A DNA stretch of 58,963 nucleotides from assembly GCA_038253355.1 (NCBI GenBank), contig JBBSHF010000002.1:1-58963 (forward strand), given 5' to 3'. The translations under genes and the position numbers were made by a program. The DNA is from Candidatus Limnocylindria bacterium (GTDB taxonomy: Bacteria; Chloroflexota; Limnocylindria; QHBO01). Within the stretch, counting starts at the first letter, position 1. The number at the start of each line of letters is the position of its first letter. The notes below the pieces were generated by a model. It was given only the letters and a program-made list of their open reading frames with translations, had not been told where the DNA came from and did not search any database. This document shows, in pieces, positions 45,530 through 55,244 of the stretch.

Positions 45530-46455
45530 TCAGCCGGCGCGTCGCTCCTCCTCCGCCAGTCGCCGACGGAGCAGTGCCAGCACCGCCGCCTCCTCCGGCC
45601 CAAGCTCGGAGAGCGACTCGCCGAGCGTGCGGTCCGCCCGTTCGCGGACCTCGCGCACGACGTCCCCATCGAGGTATGCATCGATCACCTCAGGATGGAC
45701 GTAGGACTTGCGCGAGACGGCCGGCGTGTTGCCCAGCAGCTCGGCGACCGTCTCGATGGCGTGGACCACGTTCCTCTTGGCCTGTGCCTCGGAGGGGACC
45801 TGCGCGAACTCCTTGAGTGCCCACGCGGCGAGCGCGCCACGATGCGCGCCAGGCGGCGATCGCTGACCGAGATCTGATGCACCTTGCCCGACTTGCCCTT
45901 GAACTTGAAGCGGATCTGGGACGTGCCCACATCGGCGTGCCGATCGCGCAGCGTGGTCAGCCCAAAGGAACGATTCTCTCGCGCGTATTCGGGGTTGCCG
46001 ACCCGGATGCGCGTCTTCTCGAGCAGCCGCACGACCGCCGCCAGCAGCTTCTCGCGTGGCAGCCCGCGACGGGCAAGGTCGTCGTCGACCCGGCAACGGA
46101 TCTGCGGCAGTGCCCGGCCAAAGGCGAGGGTGTGCTCATACTTCACCTCATCGCGCACGGCGCGCCAGCGCGGGTGGTAGCGGTACACCTTGCGGCCGCG
46201 CGCGTCGCGCCCTGTCGCCTGCAGGTGACCGAGCTGGATGGGGCAGATCCAGACATCGGTCCATGCCGGCGGAATGGCCAGGCGCCGGAACCAGGCCAGG
46301 CGTTTCTGGTCGGTGATCCGAACGCCGTCGGGCCTGATGTAGCTGAATCCCGTGCCGACCCGCCGCCGACGCACCCCGGGCATGGTGTCGCTGACGTAGC
46401 GCAGCCCTCCCTCTTCGGCGGATTCGATGGCGTCGAGCTCGGTCATGCGCGGCAC
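45530..46455 (-). pseudogene. DNA topoisomerase IB, disrupted (frameshift with apparent internal deletion near 45832-45846)
   Basis: The N-terminal part lies in ORF 45685..46455 (..FKFKGKSGKVHQISVSDRRLARIVAR). The C-terminal part lies in ORF 45530..46096 (GALAAWALKEF...GNTPAVSRKSYVHPEV, active-site Tyr context) in another frame. The expected CQDLPG...FTAKDFRTW block is absent. Confidence 0.6.
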
Positions 46456-46488
46456 TCCTTCGCAGGACGGATGCCAGCGCTGGCGCGC

Positions 46489-47010
46489 CTAGAGATGCTT
46501 CACCAGCCTGACGGCTGGCTTGCGCCGCGCGGTCGCCACGCTCGATCGGTCGCGGGGCACGACGCTGATGGTGCCGTCCGACTCGAGCACCGCCAGCTCG
46601 ACCTCGCTGACCTGCTGGATGCCGTGTGCGCGCAGCGCCGCTTCGCAGTCCTCCTGGTCGAGGTCCTCACGGGCGAGCGCCTCGGTGATCCACGCTCCGT
46701 CGCGGGCGAGCACGGTCGGCTGCGACTCGAGGAGCCGCCGCACGCCCGGGATGCGCGCGCGGGCAGATGCCACCAGGCGGTTGACGACAACCAGGGTCAG
46801 GATGATCACCAGGCCGCCGCCGAGCGAGTTGTCCGGTCCGGTCATGGCCGGCTGCACGGCGTTGGCCACCAGCAGGATCAGCACCAGGTCGAACAGCGTG
46901 AACTGTCCGACCTCCCGCTTGCCAAAGAGGCGCAGCATGACGACCATCGCGACGTAGATGACCGCCGAGCGCAACACGAGCTCCAACGGCGGCACCACGA
47001 AGTCAAACAT
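46489..47010 (-). CDS. DUF421 (YetF-like) membrane protein
   Basis: RLFGKREVGQFTLFDLVLILLVANAVQ signature. Confidence 0.75.
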   Translation of the reverse strand: MFDFVVPPLELVLRSAVIYVAMVVMLRLFGKREVGQFTLFDLVLILLVANAVQPAMTGPDNSLGGGLVIILTLVVVNRLVASARARIPGVRRLLESQPTVLARDGAWITEALAREDLDQEDCEAALRAHGIQQVSEVELAVLESDGTISVVPRDRSSVATARRKPAVRLVKHL

Positions 47011-47560
47011 CGGCTGAGGCTCTTGGCGCGCGCGTTCGCAGGTGTCGATCCACCCAGAGCACGCCGGCGATCGACTTGGCGTCGATGATCCGGCCCTCGT
47101 CGATTGCCTGCAGCGCCTCGTCGAGGCTCAGCCAGCTGCGTTCGATCTCCTCGTCGTCTGCGGCGTGCGCCTCTGGCGCGGCACTGAGCTGGGTGGCCAG
47201 GAACAGCGACAGCCGCTCCGTGCAGAATCCGGGCGCGGTGAAGAAGCTTGGTCCGGCTTCCCAGGTCGCCGCGCTCAGCTGCATCTCCTCGGCAAGCTCG
47301 CGACGCGCGGTGGACCCCGGCTCCTCGCCGGAATCCAGGGTGCCGGCCGGAATCTCGAGCAGCGTACCCGCGGTCGCCTGGCGCCATTGCCGGACCATTG
47401 CCAGCCGGCCGCCGTCCCAGGCCAGGATGCCGACCGCGCCGGGATGCTCGACCACCTCGCGCTCGGTACGCCGGCCGCTGGCGAGCTCGACCTCGTCGAC
47501 GCGCAGCGAGATCAACTGCCCGTCATAGGCTCGGCGACTGTACAGCGTTCGCTCTTCCAC
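47003..47560 (-). CDS. NUDIX hydrolase (ADP-ribose pyrophosphatase-like)
   Basis: Nudix box GTLDSGEEPGSTARRELAEEMQL. GTG start 6 nt after a minus-strand TAGGAT (47572-47567). Confidence 0.8.
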   Translation of the reverse strand: MEERTLYSRRAYDGQLISLRVDEVELASGRRTEREVVEHPGAVGILAWDGGRLAMVRQWRQATAGTLLEIPAGTLDSGEEPGSTARRELAEEMQLSAATWEAGPSFFTAPGFCTERLSLFLATQLSAAPEAHAADDEEIERSWLSLDEALQAIDEGRIIDAKSIAGVLWVDRHLRTRAPRASADV

Positions 47561-47618
47561 GCCGCCATCCTAGCGTCCGTGCGAGACGCGCAGCGACCCG
47601 GTAGGCTGCATCGGTCTC

Positions 47619-47672
47619 ATGAATGTAGCCAGCCACGCCCCTGCGCTGCCGGCACGGCCCGCAGACCGATGA
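47619..47672 (+). CDS. possible 17-codon upstream ORF coupled (ATGA) to the ABC ATPase gene
   Basis: MNVASHAPALPARPADR-stop. The ATG lies 11 nt after TAGGCT (47602-47607), and the stop TGA overlaps the ATG at 47669. Speculative. Confidence 0.2.
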   Translation: MNVASHAPALPARPADR

Positions 47673-48631
47673 TCGAGGTCGATGGGCTCGGCAAGCGCTT
47701 CGGCAGCCTCACGGCGGTCCACGATCTCTCGTTCCGCGTGGCGGAGGGTGAGATCTTCGGCCTGCTGGGACCCAACGGCGCGGGCAAGACGACCACTGTG
47801 CGCATGTTGGCGGGACTGATCGCGCCGAGCAGCGGAACGGCCAGCATCAATGGGCATCGGCTGGGCGACGACACGCGGTCGATTCGGGCGATCAGCGGCA
47901 TCCTGACCGAGAGCCCCGGCCTGCACGACAAGCTGACCGCGCGCCAGAACCTGGCCTACTACGGTCGCCTGTACGGTCTGCGCGGCGGCGCCCTGGCCGG
48001 GGCGGTCGATCGCTACCTCGGCGTCGTGGGCCTCCCCGATGTGGGTGACCGGCGCGTCGGCGGGTTCAGCAAGGGGATGCGCCAGAAGGTCGCCATCGCG
48101 CGGGCCATGCTGCATGAGCCGGAGGTGATCTACCTCGACGAGCCGACCTCCGGCCTGGATCCATCGGCCGCCAAGACGGTGCGCGACTTCGTGGCCACCC
48201 TGCGCGAGCTTGGCCGCTCGATCGTGATCTGCACGCACAACCTCGACGAGGCGGAGCGGCTGTGCGACCGCATCGGGATCCTGCGCGGCAGCCTGCTGCT
48301 GGTCGACACGCCGGCGGCGCTGCGACGCCACGGCCGCGCGGCCACGACCCGTGTCGAGCTGGGCGGCGCGCGCGGACCGGAGTCATTCCTGGGCGCGCTG
48401 GTCGAGCTGCCCTTCGTGCTGGGCGCCCAGGTGACCGATCACTCGCTGCTCGTGGAGGTCGGCGATCCGCATGGCGACAACCCGGAGCTGGTGCGGGCGC
48501 TGGTCAGCGAGGGCGCGCGCATCGTCAGCGTCCGCGAGGAGGCGGCGTCGCTGGAGGAGGTCTATCTGCAGCTCGTCGGCGAGGCCGGGGAGCGCGATGG
48601 GGCATCGGCCTTCGATGGAGCGACCCACTGA
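47669..48631 (+). CDS. ABC transporter ATP-binding protein (ABC-2 type)
   Basis: GPNGAGKTT, FSKGMRQKVAIARA and IYLDEPTSGLD motifs. The N-terminal extension of ORF 47042.. is antisense to the NUDIX gene. Confidence 0.85.
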   Translation: MIEVDGLGKRFGSLTAVHDLSFRVAEGEIFGLLGPNGAGKTTTVRMLAGLIAPSSGTASINGHRLGDDTRSIRAISGILTESPGLHDKLTARQNLAYYGRLYGLRGGALAGAVDRYLGVVGLPDVGDRRVGGFSKGMRQKVAIARAMLHEPEVIYLDEPTSGLDPSAAKTVRDFVATLRELGRSIVICTHNLDEAERLCDRIGILRGSLLLVDTPAALRRHGRAATTRVELGGARGPESFLGALVELPFVLGAQVTDHSLLVEVGDPHGDNPELVRALVSEGARIVSVREEAASLEEVYLQLVGEAGERDGASAFDGATH

Positions 48632-49422
48632 TGCGACCGGGCTACGTCTGGGCCGTCTTCGTCAAGGAATGGCGTGACCTGCTCAGCAACCGGCTGCTGA
48701 TCGGCGCGGTGTGGCTGCCGGCGCTCGTGTTCGCGGCCATCCCGACCGGCCTGGTCGCCTTCATCCAGCTCCACGACCTCGACCCCAACCAGCTCAGCCA
48801 GATCCAGCAGTACATCGCCAACTTCCCCGACCTGTCGGCCAAGCTGGCGGCACAGGGGTTCATCGTCACCAACTTCATGGCCTACTTCCTCCTCATTCCG
48901 GCCATGGTGCCGATGGCCATCGCCAGCCAGTCGGTGATCGGCGAGAAGGTCGCCCGCTCGCTTGAGCCACAGCTCGCCACCCCGCTCGAGGTTCCCGAGC
49001 TGCTCGCCGGCAAGACCCTGGCGGCGGTCGTGCCCGCGGTCACCGCGACGTGGGGCGTCTTCGCGCTCTACGGCTTCGTCAACGGCGCGATCGCCGATCC
49101 GCGCCTGACGCGGCTCGTCTTCAGCGATGTCTGGCTGGTGGCCATGGTCACCCTGGTGCCGCTCATCTGCGCCTTCAGCGTGCTGCTGGGCATCGTGGTC
49201 AGCTCGCGGGCGACCGATGCGCGCACCGCGCAGCAGATCGGCGGCTTCGTGGTGATCCCCATCATCGCCGTGGCCGTGGCCCAGTTCTTCGGCGGCCAGG
49301 CGACGTTCAGCATGTCGCAGGTGCTGCTCGGCGACCTGATCGTGGCCGGGCTGATCGGTACGGTGCTGGTGGTCGGGGCGTGGGCCTTCGACCGGGAGCA
49401 GATCCTGACCCGCCTAGGCTAG
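48631..49422 (+). CDS. ABC-2 type transporter permease
   Basis: 263 aa with about 6 TM segments. Its start overlaps the ATPase stop by 1 nt (TGATG). Confidence 0.65.
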   Translation: MRPGYVWAVFVKEWRDLLSNRLLIGAVWLPALVFAAIPTGLVAFIQLHDLDPNQLSQIQQYIANFPDLSAKLAAQGFIVTNFMAYFLLIPAMVPMAIASQSVIGEKVARSLEPQLATPLEVPELLAGKTLAAVVPAVTATWGVFALYGFVNGAIADPRLTRLVFSDVWLVAMVTLVPLICAFSVLLGIVVSSRATDARTAQQIGGFVVIPIIAVAVAQFFGGQATFSMSQVLLGDLIVAGLIGTVLVVGAWAFDREQILTRLG

Positions 49423-49434
49423 CGTTCGGCCCTC

Positions 49435-50343
49435 TCAGCCCTTGACAGAACCGCCCACGATGCCGCGCACGAAGTAGCGCTGCAGGCTGAAGAACACGAC
49501 CAGCGGCAGGGCCATCGACAGGAAGGCGGCGGCACCCAGCAGCTGCCAGCCGCCGCCGAGCGAGTTGACCAGTCCGGCAATCGCCTGCGTCAGCGGCTGG
49601 TTCGCCTTGACCGGCCCGATGTAGATCAGCGCCACCAGCAGATCGTTCCAGACAAACAGGAACTGGAAGATGGCCAGCGCCGCGATCGCCGGCACGCTCA
49701 TTGGCAGCGCAAGTCGGAAGAAGGCGGTCACCGGGCTGGCGCCATCGATGGCGGCCGACTCGAAGACCTCGCGCGGCAGCGAGCCCATGAAGTTGCGCAG
49801 CAGGTAGATCGCGAAGGGCAGGCCGTAGCCGGTGTGTGCCAGCCAGACCGCCAGGAACTGGCCGTTGATCCCGAGCTCGCGGAACAGGCTCAGGACCGGG
49901 ATCAGTGTCGACTGCAGCGGAATGACGAGCAGGCCGACGACCGCCACGAACAGGATGTTGCGACCGGGGAACTCCATCCATGAGAAGGCGTACGCCGCGA
50001 AGGCAGCCACGAAGAGTGGAATGACGGTGGCCGGGATGGAGATGAACAGGCTGTTGATGAAGGCGTCGCCGATGCCGCTCTGCGACAGCACCTGCGCATA
50101 GTTGTCGAATGAGAGCTGGTACGGCGGCAGAAGTCCGTTCCACCAGCCGGTGGTCGCCACCGCCTGCGCCGGCCGGAACGAGTTGATGAACAGGCCGATG
50201 GTCGGAATCAGCCAGACGAGCATCAGGACCACGAGCGCGGTGTGCACGCCAAAGGCCCTTCGCCCAACCCGACCGAGCCGGCTGACGGCCGAGGTCGCCT
50301 CGAGCCTGGTATCGGTGGGCGGAACCGGTGCGATGGCCGTCAT
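49435..50343 (-). CDS. carbohydrate ABC transporter permease
   Basis: MalG-like BPD_transp_1 protein with the EAA-type loop ESAAIDGASPVTAFFRLALP. ATGA overlap with the upstream permease. Confidence 0.8.
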   Translation of the reverse strand: MTAIAPVPPTDTRLEATSAVSRLGRVGRRAFGVHTALVVLMLVWLIPTIGLFINSFRPAQAVATTGWWNGLLPPYQLSFDNYAQVLSQSGIGDAFINSLFISIPATVIPLFVAAFAAYAFSWMEFPGRNILFVAVVGLLVIPLQSTLIPVLSLFRELGINGQFLAVWLAHTGYGLPFAIYLLRNFMGSLPREVFESAAIDGASPVTAFFRLALPMSVPAIAALAIFQFLFVWNDLLVALIYIGPVKANQPLTQAIAGLVNSLGGGWQLLGAAAFLSMALPLVVFFSLQRYFVRGIVGGSVKG

Positions 50344-51332
50344 CGGATCGCCTCCTGTGCCCGGAAGCGGCTCACGTTGAAGAGCATGACCGGGACGATC
50401 GCCAGCAGAAGCACGACGGCGATGGCTGAAGCGCGCCCGAAGTTGCCACTGTTGAACATCTCTTTGTACATCAGGTTGGCGATGACATCGGTGTTGTAGG
50501 CGCCGTTGGTCAGGGTGTAGACGATATCGAAGGCCTTGAGCGCGGTGATCACGATGGTGGTCGAGACGACCGCCAGCGTCGGCACCAGCAGGGGGAAGAC
50601 GATGCCGCGGAAGACTTGCCACTCGGTGGCACCGTCCACGCGTGCCGCCTCGAGCAGCTCAACGTTGATGCCCTTCAGGGCAGCCGAGATGATGACCATG
50701 GCGAACCCGGTCCACATCCAGGTCATGATCAGGATGATCATGATCGAGTTCATGCTCAGCGTGTCGTTGGTGGGGAACGGAATGAGCGGCAGGCCCACGC
50801 CGTTGAGCACGCCGTTGATGGTCCCGGTCTGCGGCGTGCCCGGCGGCGCGTAGGCGTACATGAACTTCCAGATGACGGCCGCCGCGACCATGCTGATGGC
50901 CAATGGAACGAAGATGATCGACTTGGCGAATGACTCGTAGCGCACCTTGTCGACGAGCACGGCGATCAGCAGTCCCAGCCCAACCGTGAAGAGGGTCAGG
51001 AAGACCAGCCACAGCACGTTGTTCTTGAGGGCGCCCAAGGCAGAGCTGTTGGTGAAGAACCAGGCGTAGTTGTCGAGCCCGATGAAATGCGCTCCGGTGC
51101 CCAGGATCGAGCCCTTGCTCTGCAGGCTGCGCAGGACGGTGCCGATGGTCGGATAGACCAGGAAGACCCCCAGGAATCCCAGCGCCGGCAGCAGCCAGAG
51201 CCAGGGCCGCAGGCGTGGCTTCAGCCGTTCGGGTGCCAGCCGCAGCACCTGCTCGGTGCCCCAGATGTATCCGACCAGCACGGCCGGGACGCCGACCACG
51301 ACGATGATCGCGGTCACGAGCCGGGGATCCAT
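50340..51332 (-). CDS. carbohydrate ABC transporter permease
   Basis: MalF-like protein with the EAA loop EAARVDGATEWQVFRGIVFP. Confidence 0.8.
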   Translation of the reverse strand: MDPRLVTAIIVVVGVPAVLVGYIWGTEQVLRLAPERLKPRLRPWLWLLPALGFLGVFLVYPTIGTVLRSLQSKGSILGTGAHFIGLDNYAWFFTNSSALGALKNNVLWLVFLTLFTVGLGLLIAVLVDKVRYESFAKSIIFVPLAISMVAAAVIWKFMYAYAPPGTPQTGTINGVLNGVGLPLIPFPTNDTLSMNSIMIILIMTWMWTGFAMVIISAALKGINVELLEAARVDGATEWQVFRGIVFPLLVPTLAVVSTTIVITALKAFDIVYTLTNGAYNTDVIANLMYKEMFNSGNFGRASAIAVVLLLAIVPVMLFNVSRFRAQEAIR

Positions 51333-51358
51333 CGGCCTCCTCCTGCGGGAGTGGAATG

Positions 51359-51388
51359 GGGGAGAGCCGTCAAGCGACGGCCCTCCCC
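51359..51388 (-). other. intercistronic stem-loop between the SBP and permease genes
   Basis: GGGGAGaGCCGTC-aagc-GACGGCcCTCCCC, 12 bp with one mismatch. Confidence 0.5.
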
Positions 51389-51414
51389 CCGAGCATCAAC
51401 CCGTGGAACGCCCC

Positions 51415-52722
51415 CTACTGTGCGGCATAGGCGTCCTTCTGTGCCTTGTCGAGGTCCGCAAGGATCGAGTCGAGCTTCGACTGGTCCTTGGTGTAGTTGA
51501 GGATGGCGGAGAAGAACGCAGTGTTCATCGCGTTCGGCATCAGGTCGGAGGCATCGAACGCGAAGATCTTCGCGTTCTGCAGCAGCTCAGCCGAGCGCTT
51601 GGCGATGTCATCGGGGTAGTCGGTGACGGCCTTGTTCGCCGACAGCGCGCCACCGATCTTGACCCAGATGGCCTGGGCCTCGGGGGTAACCAGGTACTTG
51701 ATCAGCGCCTTTGCCTGCGGCGTGTCGTTGAACATCCCGAAGAGGTCGCCAGCGCCCTCGACGGCTCCCGTGTAGGACGGGTTGATATCGGGGAAGGGGA
51801 AGAAGTTGTAGTCGGTGCCGGCCTTCTTATCCTTGAAGGCGCCCAGGCCGGTGATGAAGCTGGCCTGGTGGAGCAGTTGGCAGCCCGCCGGGCTCTTGAA
51901 GAGCGGGTCACCGGCGTTTGCGAAGTTGGTGGTGGCCACGGTGCTGGGACCGCCGTACACGGCGCCCTGCTTGACGACGTCGCCGTAGGCCTGGAAGGCC
52001 TGCTTGATCTCAGGCGAGGTCCACTTCAGCGTGCCCTCGTACCACTGCTTGTACTTGTCCGGACCGGACTGGCGCAGGACGAAATCCTCGATCCAGTCGG
52101 TGCCCGGCCAGCCGGACGCCGCGCCGGACTCGAGGCCGACGCACCAGGCCGAAGCGGCCTTGCTGGCGTTCGCCCCCAGCTGGCTCTTCAGCTCGTCCCA
52201 CGTCTTCGGAGGGGTGCTGAAGTCGGCAACTTTGGGGCTGTACCACATCAGGCCCTTGATTGCGGTCTTGATGAAGACGCCGACCACCTTGCTATCGACC
52301 GTTCCGAGATCGACCAGTGCCTTGGCGGTCTGGTCCTTGTACTTTGCGATGTCGAGCACGTCATCGAGCGGCTTCAGCGCGCCGGCCTTGGCGAACTCGG
52401 CCATCTGGCCGGGGCCGGGAAGTCCGGCCAGGTCAGGGAGCACTCCCGACTGCACGCCCGTGGTCAGCACCGCGTTCAGGTCGCGTGTGCCGGTGTACTG
52501 CACGTCGACGCCGGTCTGATCCTCGAAGGGCTTCACCATCTGGAGGAAGGCCTTCTCCTCATCGCCACCCCAGGTGCCGATGACGGTGACCTTGCCGCCG
52601 AGCTTTCCACCGGCCGCGCCGGAGCCACCGGCACTTGAGCTTGGGCTGTTGCCGCTCGAGCAGGCCGCCAGGACCAGCATGAGCACCAGGGACGGCGCCG
52701 CAAGGCGCTGCCAACGAATCAT
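51415..52722 (-). CDS. carbohydrate ABC transporter substrate-binding lipoprotein
   Basis: LAAC lipobox with a family-1 solute-binding-protein size and composition. Confidence 0.8.
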   Translation of the reverse strand: MIRWQRLAAPSLVLMLVLAACSSGNSPSSSAGGSGAAGGKLGGKVTVIGTWGGDEEKAFLQMVKPFEDQTGVDVQYTGTRDLNAVLTTGVQSGVLPDLAGLPGPGQMAEFAKAGALKPLDDVLDIAKYKDQTAKALVDLGTVDSKVVGVFIKTAIKGLMWYSPKVADFSTPPKTWDELKSQLGANASKAASAWCVGLESGAASGWPGTDWIEDFVLRQSGPDKYKQWYEGTLKWTSPEIKQAFQAYGDVVKQGAVYGGPSTVATTNFANAGDPLFKSPAGCQLLHQASFITGLGAFKDKKAGTDYNFFPFPDINPSYTGAVEGAGDLFGMFNDTPQAKALIKYLVTPEAQAIWVKIGGALSANKAVTDYPDDIAKRSAELLQNAKIFAFDASDLMPNAMNTAFFSAILNYTKDQSKLDSILADLDKAQKDAYAAQ

Positions 52723-52783
52723 TCGGGTTCCTCCATCACGATTCCAAGGTTAGAGCGACAGTACGCTCGGGGGTACGGGAGAT

Positions 52784-53875
52784 TCACTCGGCGAGGCTCT
52801 TCTCGCTCTCGGGATCGAACAGGTGCAGCTTATCCACCGGGATGGCGAACTCGACCGATTCCCCAACGGTCACTTTGCGATCGGACGGCACCAGTGCCAC
52901 CACCTCGTGGCCCTCCGACTTGGCATGGATCAGCTCCTCGTTGCCCAGGTACTCGACAACGTCAACCTTGGCCGGAATGCGCACCGCGCCCGCTCCCTGT
53001 CCGTTGGCGATCTCGAGGTGTTCCGGACGGAAGCCGATCAGCAGGTTCGAGCCCTTCGGCCGATCGGCCGCCGCACGCGCGGCGGCGCCGGACAGCTCCA
53101 GGCGCGCGCTGCCCAGCAACAGGTTGTCGCCCTCGGTGGTCGTGGTCGCGAAGTTCATCGACGGTGAGCCGATGAAGCCCGCCACGAACACGTTCGACGG
53201 ATGGTCGTAGAGGTCCTGCGGGGTGCCGACCTGCTGCAGCAGTCCGTCGCGCATCACGGCGATGCGGTCGCCCATGGTCATCGCCTCGACCTGGTCATGG
53301 GTCACGTAGATGGTCGTAGTGCCCAGCCGCTGGTGGAGCCGCGCGATTTCCGCGCGCGTCTGCACCCGCAGCTTGGCGTCGAGGTTGGAGAGCGGCTCGT
53401 CCATCAGGAAGACGGACGGCTCGCGCACAATGGCGCGGCCCAGCGCGACGCGCTGGCGCTGCCCACCGGAGAGCGCCTTTGGCTTGCGGTCGAGGAACTT
53501 CTCGAGGCCCAGGATCCCGGCCGCCTCGTCGACACGACGGCGGATATCGGCCTTGGGAGTCTTGCGCAGCTTCAGGCCGAAGGCCAGGTTGTCGTAGACG
53601 CTCATGTGCGGATAGAGCGCGTACGACTGGAAGACCATGGCGATGTCGCGATCCTTGGGAGCGACGTCGTTGACCACGCGTTCGCCAATGCGCAGCTGAC
53701 CGTCGGAGATCTCCTCCAGCCCGGCGACGCAGCGCAGGGCGGTGGTCTTGCCGCAGCCCGACGGGCCGACGAGCACCAAGAACTCCCCATCGTTCACTTC
53801 GAGGTTCAAGTCGTTGACCGCGATCACGTCGGCGCTGTACCGCTTGGTGAGGTGATCGAACGTGACGGTGGCCAT
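52784..53875 (-). CDS. carbohydrate ABC transporter ATP-binding protein (MalK/UgpC-like)
   Basis: GPSGCGKTT, LSGGQRQRVALGRA and a TOBE-like C-terminus. Start at MATVTF, with GAGGAG upstream. Confidence 0.85.
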   Translation of the reverse strand: MATVTFDHLTKRYSADVIAVNDLNLEVNDGEFLVLVGPSGCGKTTALRCVAGLEEISDGQLRIGERVVNDVAPKDRDIAMVFQSYALYPHMSVYDNLAFGLKLRKTPKADIRRRVDEAAGILGLEKFLDRKPKALSGGQRQRVALGRAIVREPSVFLMDEPLSNLDAKLRVQTRAEIARLHQRLGTTTIYVTHDQVEAMTMGDRIAVMRDGLLQQVGTPQDLYDHPSNVFVAGFIGSPSMNFATTTTEGDNLLLGSARLELSGAAARAAADRPKGSNLLIGFRPEHLEIANGQGAGAVRIPAKVDVVEYLGNEELIHAKSEGHEVVALVPSDRKVTVGESVEFAIPVDKLHLFDPESEKSLAE

Positions 53876-54084
53876 GGATGTGGGCTCCTCAGTTCCTGAA
53901 CTACCGAACGGCGACCGTCCGGAGCGATCCACGTCAGAATGGTGCATCATAGTACCTGACGGAAACTCCACCACCGGGTTTCTCCATGCGCTGCGTTCGA
54001 CGCCGATGGCGCACGTTCGGCCGCCCGGCGATTCTTTCCTCGCTCTACGACCTCCATCCGCATGCCGCCGCGGCCGTGCGCCGC

Positions 54085-54540
54085 ATGCGGGGCGTTGAGA
54101 TCGTGCCCGTCGATCGGATCGTGGGTACCACGCGCCATCCCTCGCAGGTCACCGCCGACTTCCTGCCGCTGCCCGAGCTGCGCGGCCAGAACTGGCGCGC
54201 TCGCTGGCTGCGCATTCGCAAGGCGGTCGACGCGCTGGCGGTGCTGCCGCCGGTGGACCTGCTCAAGGTTGGCGACGAGTACTTCGTGACCGATGGCCAC
54301 AACCGGGTGGCCGCCGCGCGGCGTGCCGGCGTGGTCGGCATCGATGCCGACGTGACCGAGCTGCTGCTCCCCGGCGTCACCTCCGACCCAACGCCGCAGC
54401 AGACCCCAACCTCCATGCTCGAGACGCATGCGCTGCGCCGCGCCGGGCAGGGGCGCGTCTCGCGGACCGTGGAGCAGCCGGCCGACTCAGACCGGATCCG
54501 CCGCGACGAGCTGTTGCGTCCCGAGCCGGAGGAGCCGTGA
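54085..54540 (+). CDS. ParB/sulfiredoxin-fold N-terminal-domain-like small protein
   Basis: IVPVDRIVGT...PPVDLLKVGDEYFVTDGHNRVAAARRAG resembles the ParB N-domain DGHHR box. The start is uncertain (53986 or 54085). Confidence 0.5.
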   Translation: MRGVEIVPVDRIVGTTRHPSQVTADFLPLPELRGQNWRARWLRIRKAVDALAVLPPVDLLKVGDEYFVTDGHNRVAAARRAGVVGIDADVTELLLPGVTSDPTPQQTPTSMLETHALRRAGQGRVSRTVEQPADSDRIRRDELLRPEPEEP

Positions 54541-55241
54541 CCCATCGGCTCAGCGTGCCATGGCCCGATCCCGACCTCTTCGCCGCGCGCGGCGGCCGCT
54601 CACTCCGCATCCTGGCGCTCTCGGACGAGCTGGAGCCGACCCTCGAGTCGCCGGCCACCCGCCAGGGGCTGGAGCCGATCGATCTGATCGTGGGCTGCGG
54701 CGACCTGCGCGCCGACTACCTCGCCTTCGTGGCCGATGCGTTTCGCGGCGTTCCACTGGTCTACGTGCGCGGCAACCACGACACCGGGCCGGCGTGGGCG
54801 ACGACCGAGCTGCAGGCGTTGCCGCGGCCGCTGCCCGACGGCCGGCTGCATACTCAGGACGGCCTGGCGATCATGGGCTTCGGTGGCTCGCCCGAGTACA
54901 ACCATCCCGGGGATGCGGTCCAGGTTTCCGGCCTCCAGATGTGGCTGCGGGCGATCCGCGGCTGGCTGGCGCTGTGGCCGGCGATGTGGCTCCACCAGCG
55001 TCCGCTGCTGGTCATCAGCCATGCTCCGCCGCGCGGCCTGAACGACGCGATGGACAGGACGCACCGCGGGTTCATCGCCTTCCGCTGGCTGATCGACCGA
55101 TTGCGGCCGCCTCTCTGGCTGCACGGCCACACGGCGCTGGTGCGCCGCGGGATCGATGCACGCTGTCTGCAGCACCACGGCACGCTTCTCTACAACTGCA
55201 CCGGTGCCACGCTCGTTGAGCTGGTTCCAGGGGGCGACTGA
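54537..55241 (+). CDS. metallophosphoesterase family protein
   Basis: ILALSD, GCGDL, VRGNHD, ISHAPP and LHGHT motifs. GTGA overlap with the upstream gene. Confidence 0.7.
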   Translation: MTHRLSVPWPDPDLFAARGGRSLRILALSDELEPTLESPATRQGLEPIDLIVGCGDLRADYLAFVADAFRGVPLVYVRGNHDTGPAWATTELQALPRPLPDGRLHTQDGLAIMGFGGSPEYNHPGDAVQVSGLQMWLRAIRGWLALWPAMWLHQRPLLVISHAPPRGLNDAMDRTHRGFIAFRWLIDRLRPPLWLHGHTALVRRGIDARCLQHHGTLLYNCTGATLVELVPGGD

Positions 55242-55244
55242 AGC

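Noticed and set aside
47042-47668. 209-codon extension of the ABC ATPase ORF, and likewise 30121-30915 and 48262-48630
   Set aside because: The extensions are antisense to, or out of frame with, the well-supported NUDIX, add and ABC ATPase genes. The family N-termini begin at the internal Met residues chosen.
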